Assembly: GCF_009914755.1 (NCBI RefSeq)
Contig: NC_060932.1
DNA: 64,000 nucleotides
Reading direction: 5' to 3' (one strand)
From: the human T2T-CHM13v2.0 reference genome, Homo sapiens
Position numbers and translations under genes: made by a program. The notes under the pieces were generated by a model that worked only from the letters and a program-made list of their open reading frames with translations, did not search any database and was not told the DNA's origin. This document shows positions 53,499 through 64,000 of this stretch, piece by piece. Position 1 is the stretch's first letter; every line of letters begins with the position of its first letter.

Positions 53499-54700
53499 CA
53501 GATAATGTATTAAGGAAAGCAAAGCTGCATGTGCGCACATAGCTTCCATTTTGATGGCCTTCCATTTCCGAGCTGGGCCATAACACAGCAAAATGGCAGT
53601 GGCATATTATACCTGATCATGGCTGGCTTCAATGGAGCTTCCAATAGCATGGAAAGTCATCTGCACAGGGGCTAATGTCAGACAGGTCACACACTCTTTG
53701 CCACTTTGTCTATCACAGTAGTGAACCTATAACAGAACACACGCAATCCACTGAACACCATTTTCAGAGGGGACAAGATGCAAATAGGTCCTTTTGCAAA
53801 GGGTCTAGATTTCAGGAAAATTCAAATAATTTACACAGAACACACTTTAAATATTTAAAACCTTATTGAACCCCTCCAATATCTGGGACTTGAATTGAAT
53901 CTATTAATTCCATCTTAAGTCTTTTTGAGGATTTAAGGGAGTTTAGGAAATGCTATGCAAAGTGCTTTTACATTATAGCTAGTAGAAAAATTCACAACTA
54001 AATGCTATACCTATCTTTCAAGTCCAGCTTTTTATAATACATGATCCATAAAGGGCTCAAGCATAAGCGTAAGTCAAAGTTCATCTGATTCTAATGTAAC
54101 TTTGTCAACCTGAATTTTCTCTCTTCTTTGACTCCATGTGTATGTGACTGCCACATAATTGGTACTGACACTCTTCTATTTCTACAGTATAGTCCCTACA
54201 AAACCACTGTTGAATATATATCACTATATCATGTTCTGTTTGAAATTGTGACATTACAATCAAATTGAATTAAATTGAAATGATTTGTAATGTGCAGACC
54301 AAAATAAAGTGGTCACAATATTATCTTTCATTTAGTTAAATACAACTAACCATTATTAAAGCCACATGTAAGACACTCCACATCAGAGGTAAGGTACATG
54401 GGGAAGGGGGAAGAGTTTGAGTCCATCTTCCCATTAAGAAAATTTCCATCCTTCCATTTATCCACTGTCAAAAACTTCCAGGTTTTTAAAATTGTAAGCT
54501 AATAAAGTAAAAAGAGCATCACTTTCGTAATAAAATTAATGAAAATATGCTTATAGAATAAATTAGGGATTCCTATTTATTATATTAGAGAGAAAATTGG
54601 TTTTATTAGCTATAACTTGCTCAATTTGTTAAATGTGTATAGATTTAGGATAAAGGCTTAAGTGAAAATTTTGAATTTGTGAGGAAGAAAATTAAAACAC

Positions 54701-54772
54701 ATACCTGAGTTAGTTCCTTGTCTTGGTTTTTATTGTATACCTGAGTTATTCCCTTGTCTTGGGTTTTATTCT
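54701..54772 (+). repeat. 36-bp tandem duplication (2 copies)
   Basis: atacctgagttagttccttgtcttggtttttattgt / atacctgagttattcccttgtcttgggttttattct. Confidence 0.93.
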
Positions 54773-55760
54773 AATTGCTGCATAATGTCCATATATTTTT
54801 ATTGCAGAATATGGCCTACGTTTATTTAATCATGTATAATATGGATCTGACTGAAAATTACAATATGAGCCCTAGTCTAATGGCTTAATAATTCAAGTTT
54901 TTTAAACCAGTAGGGTTGTTAAGAATGGCCATCATTTTCCCTGGAGGTAGGGAAACTTCTTCCTGGGAATCTATAAAAGTAGTTTAGAGCTCAAATCAAG
55001 TCAACATAAAAGCCTTATTCCCAAAGTACTATAAAGATTTTGTTATAAAAAATATTTTTACCAAGTTAACCTTGGGGAAAAAGGTTTGACAACAGTTCTA
55101 ATTCACCATCCTACACTTCCTGAGCAAATTAAAAGCTCAGTCAATGTATACGAGTTCAAGAATGTGGAAGTGTTGTTTACTACACAGCAACTAGGTATAA
55201 GGGGAAAAATGAAACTTATCACATAACAGGTTTATGTAAAAGCCAATAAATGCTGGCACTAAAATAATAGCAACAGTTCACAACCATTTATGGCATGGTT
55301 AAACTATTATGTCTGATATAGTGCTATTATAAAACATGCTCTTTTAAAATTTAATAAAATATAATTACCCTTTCGACACCAACTGAAAGTCTGTATGAAA
55401 GACATGACAATCTCCTAAATATACAGTGACAGTAAACACACTTCTATGTCAGCTGACTTAATGTAGCTCTATTCTTTCTCTTAGAGAAATGAAAATTAGA
55501 AAGGACAAAAATAGGACAATTGCAGTCAAAAAAATAAACTTTAAACTTCGTTTCCATCAGTGACTCAGATACCATTAATGAGACATATAATTTTTCTCCC
55601 AACTGTATACAATTCACTGTGAAGCCTGCAAGTACTAATAAAACATTGTGCCTTACAGACATTCAATATTAGTGTGTTTACATATATAACTCATATATGA
55701 AAGATAAATGTAAAGGTGCAAGTTAGCACACAGCTCCAAAGATGTCACAGCACCCAATGA

Positions 55761-56210
55761 TGTGACAGAGACTGCTAGTTGTCCTCCAAGATTCTTCCAC
55801 TGTAATTCTTAGCCAGGCACTTGGAAGCTCAAAATAAAAAACCATATTTTCCAGGCTCCCTTGCAACTGGCCATATAACTAAGTAGACTGTAAAAGAAAG
55901 AATTATGTGGCAGCTTCCTGAAAACTTTTAAAAGAGATTTCAAGTGCGTGCCTTTTGCTTTTTTACCCATTTAGCCAACCTGCTGTTTGGAGTATAGATA
56001 TTATCATCTTGACTGCGAGGACAAAGGCCAAAACCTAGATGAGAGTAGTGAGTTGGAAGGGAACTGGGTCCATGAGGACTTCATGGAACAGAACCATCAT
56101 GCCAGCTGTAGCCTGCAAGCTTATGGACCTTTAAGTGACAAAAAAATAATCTCTATATTGTTTAAGCCACTGGGCTTTTTATCACTCACAAAAGAACCTA
56201 ATCTCAGTGA
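55761..56210 (+). mobile_element. MLT1 (MaLR) LTR
   Basis: tgtgacagagactgctag...ttttccaggctcccttgcaactggccatataactaag...ttgtttaagccactg. Confidence 0.75.
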
Positions 56211-57908
56211 GATTTTCTCCTATTGGCCCATAACTGACACCAAGACTCATGGCCAAACCAAAAGAAGCTCTAGAGAGCTGCCAACATTTAGGGCTAGGCT
56301 TTCCCCTGAACCCCCTTGTAAACGTCAGTACAACTGGTCCAATCACAAAGAACACACAAAGGAACAAAGGATGGGGGAGTACAACAGGAGGGAATCATCT
56401 GGATTGTCAGCCTGATGAGAAATACAGTATTTCCAGCTAGTGGGTAGCTCTAAGAGAATAGCTGATACAGAGTGGGAATACCTGCATGAAGGGGAGGCTG
56501 ACATATCACTCCCTGGTGGGAGGCTTGCTGAGAACTGAAACTGTAGGCCCTTTTTGAATAGAAATTTTGACTGAGTTTGCTGTATATCCCTGGCAGTTTA
56601 GAAGCACATGAAAATACAGAAATTGGGCTTGGAGGTATCTGAGAGCTTATTGAAGGAGTCCTAGGTAGGTAGTGTACCTGAAAAAACAAAAAGATAAAGG
56701 AAGATATGATCACTGCCTACCTCCATGGCCTTTGAACAGCATGAGAGAATCCCAGCAGAAGCCAAGGGGCTACTCAGGCCAGCCAAAGTAACACTCACCA
56801 ACAGAGGAGGTCAGAGCACAAACCACTGGTAAAGCCAAAAGAAAACGTGGCTGTCCCTCAGGGCCAGAGGGGGCCACTGACTCAAGACACATGGACATGG
56901 TGTACATGGAAAAGCACAATGGAGGCCACCAGGAGTGGATGAAACCAGGATGAGTAGCAGCTTCCTCTACCCTAGTCACCCTCTAACCCTCCAGAGCAGT
57001 AAGCCCATGAAATAGACGTAAAGTGTGCAGGAAGGTGTCTCAGAGCCAGGTTAAGCTCTGACCCCACCAATCTCAAATACATATGCTTGAGTGAGATGAG
57101 GAGTGAAAGAGATCAGTGTACACTGTCCCTCCTCTAAGTCTCTGGAGCCAAAATGAATGGCTTGCAATGGAAGGGTATGAACTTGGAGTTCTACACTGAT
57201 GCATTAGATTTTTAAAAACTAAAAGCTAGCCAGAAAACTATGGAATTTGCCAAAGATATCACAAAGGAACATGAATGGGAGATGTGGCAAGGCACAGAGG
57301 AAGGGGGTGACTGGAGAAATATAAAATCATTCTGTGTTATATCCCCACTGCATTGAGACTGCTCAGTAAACCAGATAAAAATATGTAGGGAAAAACATGA
57401 AACTCTTGCTTGAGGACCCAATTTCAAATTAAACGTAATAATATGCTGATAAAAGGCCTTAAGAAAAAGTCACATTTTACATACTCAACCAATGACTCAT
57501 AAAGACAAGTTAAATATGGCTTTCTTCAGGTATATATTTTCTTCCTGGAAATAAAAATATCAGTGTTCATGAAACTGTGAATTAAAAAAAATATGTAAAT
57601 GACATTTTGAAATTCACTCTTCTAAGTCTAAAAATGCTTCTTATGATTCAAAGCATTTGCAGGAACCAGGAATCTTAGAACACTATATTAAAATAATTAG
57701 GGCAACAAAATTCCATTCATTGTGTCTGTAACACACAAATCTTCAGAACTGACTGGGTAAACTCTTTCTGCTAGAACAAAGCAGTGCGTTTCTACAAACG
57801 TGGCCTGAAAAATTCCAATACACAATGTCATAGGACCTTGATTTTGATGAAAGAAAAATGAATAAAGATAATTATAGAAAATTACAAAAGAGTCATCACC
57901 CTATGTTT

Positions 57909-59071
<1,163 letters not shown>

Positions 59072-59328
59072 GTTTAAGATTTATTATTTATAAATTACAT
59101 CATTTTGCTGCCTTTGGTACTCTAAAATGTGAGCAACCAATCTTGATTTTTATAATGTTATAGAGCTTCTTCTGGATTTATAACACCATCAACTACTATA
59201 AATTGATATTTTGTTTCTTTCTCATGAATTTACAAAAACTATTCCACTGAAAGGTGAGTTATAAATTTCAATATATCAATTAAATAAGACGGCTTTCTTT
59301 GAAATTTGCAAATCTATAACTTTTAAGA

Positions 59329-59448
59329 TAAGTTTCCTAGTTTGATTTGTAATCTCATAAACCCAGATGAGATACTATACTTGAGATGGTATACTAAGTT
59401 TCCTAGTTTGATATGTACTCTTCTAAACCCAGATGAGATACTATACTT
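59329..59448 (+). repeat. 54-bp direct duplication with a 12-bp spacer
   Basis: taagtttcctagtttga...aaacccagatgagatactatactt at 59329-59382 and 59395-59448. Confidence 0.93.
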
Positions 59449-59556
59449 TTGCATTCTGATATTGACTTTGCCAGTCTAAAGACTTCCTTTTTTCTGAAGG
59501 GAAAATCAGGAAGTATTCATAGAATCACTTGAAATATTCATAGAATTTAAGAAATA

Positions 59557-59700
59557 GACAAGGCACTGTGGTTCACACCTGTAATCCCAGCACTTTACAA
59601 GGCCAAGGTGTGAAAACTGCTTGAGGCCAGGAGTTTGAGACCAGCATGAGCAACAGAGAGAGATGAGACCCTGTTTCTGTCTGAATGAATGAATGAATGT
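59557..59700 (+). mobile_element. FLAM/AluJ left monomer with a (TGAA)n tail
   Basis: aggcactgtggttcacacctgtaatcccagcacttt...gaggccaggagtttgagaccagc. Confidence 0.88.
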
Positions 59701-61049
59701 CTTAAATTACATAAAATGCTAGGTGTGTGAATTTTTTTCATGCTGTTTTGAAAATATGAGGGGCCATCCAAATAAAAATTTAAATTTCCTACCCCCAGCT
59801 CCGAAAAGAAGTTGAGTCAAACTACTTCCTGCAGAGCTAAAAGTCCTTGATGTTGCATGACTACTAATTTTACTAATCTCAGCAGGGAACTGGGTTAACT
59901 GCTTGTCTGTCGGATGTTTTTAATGGCCACCCCCTATGGAACAAAAATGAGGAGGGTATAAAAAAGACCTATGTTTAAAGAAAGTTGCCTGTTAGATCAT
60001 TAAGGTATGTGATACATAGCACAATCACTGTGTTAAGAAAACATGTATTTGATTAGTACACCTCAGATCCATTAACTGTGGAGTTGACTTCACAGCAGTA
60101 GGTAGCAATTCCACTGTAGCTACTGCACAGAAGCCTTGCACAGAAGAGTACAGGCAGCAAGGAGCTGAAGAGTGACAGTTGAACACTAAACCTTAGGAGA
60201 TTCAAAACATGCTTGATTTTCGCAACGTCTGCACCTCAGTTGTACAAAGTTGTACAAATAAAGACCCAAATCTTAAGACAAAATAGCATGTTCTTGGCAA
60301 GGCACAAAGCAGCTTTCTTTCATAAATATTGACCTAAATAAGTAGATTAAGTTGGTTTCAAAACTTTACTACTTTTTTTGATCACTTGATGACATGTAAA
60401 TTATTGTATTTATTTAACTACAGTCAACAGTACAAATCTACATGTTAGTTCTATTTATAACTAATGAATTAATGTATAAGTAAACAAAATTAATTTAGGC
60501 ATGAAAAGTATACAGAACTGTAGCTAGCTCATGATTAGCATTAATAATAACTATCAGATAGTCTTATAACACATCCACTCATAATGTAATAAAATAAATT
60601 ACAAGATATATAATTATTGAAAGTAATATTAAAGAGAATAATATCTGTTACTGTCTCTTCAGTTTTTTCCCAGTCCTTTCCATAACTAACAAACATCACA
60701 TCCACTCCTTTGTAACAAAAATATGAACATACATTTAACATGCTTGGTCATGTACCAGTGTTTTAGTTGATGCATAATGTTTCACTCTAAATCCAATATG
60801 CTTGTCACATTAATGCCTCTAAAGGGACATGGATAAATAAATGAATGAAATTACATTACACAGACTGAGACACAACTTGGAATTATCTTTTCTCTCTTTT
60901 AAAAATCCTATGTTTTAGATAAGCTTTGAAAATTACATGCTTATATTTGATAATCAAAATCTGGCAGTAATGTATAAAGATTTTTTTGTGCAAGCCATGG
61001 ATAAAAATTGTCTAACAAACGAAACAGATGTGTTGTCAGCGTTGTTTAG

Positions 61050-61411
<362 letters not shown>

Positions 61412-62024
61412 GTTCTTTGCTTTTTAGTTTCCATTAACTATGCCAGTGAAGGTCTAGGGAGACAGCTAGTTAGGACATAAATTACACTTACACACACACA
61501 AACAATTATTTTAGTTTTACATTTCCATCGAAAGAAAACACTAAGTGATTCTTTAACAGTTTCATGTCTACCAGAAAAGGCACTTCCCTATTTTGCAGTG
61601 TGCACCCATGTTTTGACATACCTATATACATCATTTACATACGTAAAAGAAGCCACATTAAACGGCAGAGGGCTTTGTAAAGAATTAACCTTTTAATAAG
61701 AAAAATTATTTTCAACATTAAAGGAAAATTGTGGTTACACAGGCAGTCAGTATACCATCAAACTAATACAAACTCTTCTCTCTATGGGGCAAACTCTACT
61801 ATTTCTAATGTATTACAATTCTATTGTATTGAATATCACTTCAAAAAATAGGTATCAAACACAGGACCTTACAAATCTTATTATATACTGACTTAATTCA
61901 TAATGGCATTTAATTTTTTTAAAAAAAATATTTTAACATGGTGCTTTCTACTCAGGAATTACAGATTTTCAAAATGTATAATATATACTTGAATTTAAAA
62001 TAGTTACATTTATGATGACAGACC

Positions 62025-64000
62025 ATTTATGATTTCCACATCCAGACAAGATGAGATAGATTAACTTTTTCTTATTTTTCCTGCTTAACTACAAAAAGCT
62101 CTGGACGCTATATATAAAATAAGCATAATTCCAAAATGTGGAGAGAAGGAGGAAGACTGACTAGGGTCTTTGGGACCCAAGGAATAATACAGTAGTGAAT
62201 TCCTAAGTTTTCTTTTTGCTTTACATATCCTTGGCTGGGTACCAGAAAAGCCAGCAACTTGAGAATGCCAATGGGTACAGGTGGGGAAAAAAAGCCCTAA
62301 GAAAGTCTGCTCTTTCTAACCAAAGGACCAAAAAAATAATAATATAACAACATATAAATCTTTTAGGCAATAACTGCCCTACTCCAGGGAAACACCATGG
62401 AAAAAATGGCAGATCCACCTCCATCCCCAACAGCAAAAGTCAATTTGGAAGCCTACACTTTCACCTTACCAGACTGTAATGAGGCGACCCAATTTCCTTG
62501 CTAAAGTTGTGACAGAGAAGGCCAAATGGGGAGTTAGGATTTTCATCCCTGTTGGATCCCTGGACAGTCACCTATACCTAGTGATGATGGGGCGTCGTAC
62601 TCCTCCTTGCCAGGGTGGTGTCAGTAGAGGCATGGTGGAAGGTCAGGACTTTCACCCCCACCCAGCTGTAACAATATCCCTCCTCCCAAGAAGATGTCAA
62701 CAGAGGCTAGGTGGAAAATGTGAACTTCCAGTAACAAGGCAGCACCCCTATTCCCTAACTGGTACAATGTCAGAGGAGCCTTACTGAAACAGAAATTTTA
62801 GGAACATAGTACTCAAAATGTCCAAAATTCAGTAGAAAATCACCCTTATACCAAGAACCAGAATAATCTCAACTTGAATGAGAAAAGGCAATCATCAGAT
62901 GCCAACAAGATGTCACAGATGATAGACTTATCTGACAAATATTTTAAAGTAGCCATCATAAAAATGTTTCAATAAGCAATTACATACACACTCTTGAAAC
63001 AGATTTTAAAAAATAGTCTCACGAAAGAAATACAAGGTAACTCAGTAGAAGGGCTTCATAGCAAAATGGAAAGAACAGAAGAAAGTATCACTGAACTTGA
63101 AGATAGAAAAATATAAGCTCCCCAATCTGAAAAACAGAGAAAAAAAGACTGAGAAAAAAACAAATAGTGCTTCAAGGGTCTGTGAGATCATAACATCTAA
63201 TCTGATGACTTGTGTCATCAGAGTCCCAGAAGGAAAAGAGATGAGTGGGACTGAAAAAAATTCAAAAAAGTTAACAGCTTAAAATTTACCCAGTTTTGGT
63301 AAAAGATAAACCTATACCTTTAAGAAGCTGGGTAAGCCCCAACAGGATAAAAACAAACAAATCAACAGACAATCAAGCTTCTAAAAATTAAAGCCTAAGA
63401 AAAATCTTGAAAGAAGTGAGAGAGAAACAGCTCATGACCTACAGAAGTAAAAGAAAGACAGCAGTTTCTCAACAGAAACCACGGATGCCAGAAGGAACAG
63501 GCATAACGTTTTCCAAGTGCTGAAAGAACTGTCAGCCCAGACTTTTATATCTAGAAAAAATATCCCTGAGGAAGAAAGGAAAACCCAAAACATTCTCAAA
63601 TACAAGGAAACAGTCTGTCACCAGCATACCTACCCTGAAACAATGGCTAAAATTAAGTTATTGAAACAGAACGGAAATGATAAAAGCAGGAAGAACAAAC
63701 ATGAAAAAGAGTATGAATATTGGTAAATACAACAGGTTTCCTTTCTCTTTTTGAAGTTTCTAAATTATATTTGACATTTGAAGTAAACACTATAGCACTG
63801 TCTAATGTGGTTCTAAAAGCATGTAGAGGAAACATGTTATAAAGAGTCACATGAAGAGCACTGAGATGGGCACAGTATCACTTCTGTGATAGTCTTACCA
63901 AAAATGCACAACCTCAATCTAATCATTTGAAAACATCAGGAAAACTCAAATTCAAGAACATTTTACAAAATAAGTAACTGATTTTCTTCAAAAGGGTTAA
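62025..64000 (+). mobile_element. Old L1M 5'UTR and ORF1 remnant, followed by an L1M 3' fragment that runs off the window
   Basis: ORF1-like peptides (IRVPEGKE; LKELSAQTFISRK); gaacttgaagataga, ttctcaacagaaacc...gccagaagg. Confidence 0.8.

Noticed and set aside
55987-56415. 142-aa ORF
   Set aside because: Non-ATG start, overlaps the MLT1 LTR, and I recognise no homology

Overview
This is primate, most likely human, nuclear DNA: AT-rich, strongly CpG-depleted, with Alu, L1, L2, MIR, MER and LTR elements. I found no CpG island and no recognisable intact protein-coding gene, so the window looks like the interior of a very long intron or intergenic DNA. The host locus cannot be named from the sequence alone. 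The best-supported non-TE features are: (1) an old processed pseudogene of CHRAC1 on the minus strand, apparently with its full 3'UTR, inside a nested repeat stack (L1 host, MST, near full-length Tigger1, THE1, AluS); (2) a 33-nt 3'-truncated U2 snRNA retrocopy with a perfect 16-bp target-site duplication (TSD); (3) a ~98% identical 187-bp local templated duplication. More speculative candidates are polypyrimidine-AG|GTAAGA recursive-splice-like sites on each strand, a plus-strand terminal exon with AATAAA, two CTCF motifs, and transposon-poor blocks with homeodomain-type motifs that resemble conserved enhancers. Repeat subfamily names come from recalled consensus sequences, and boundaries of old repeats are approximate. 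The listed ORFs are TE or pseudogene remnants or chance ORFs. I do not see evidence for a new protein-coding system.
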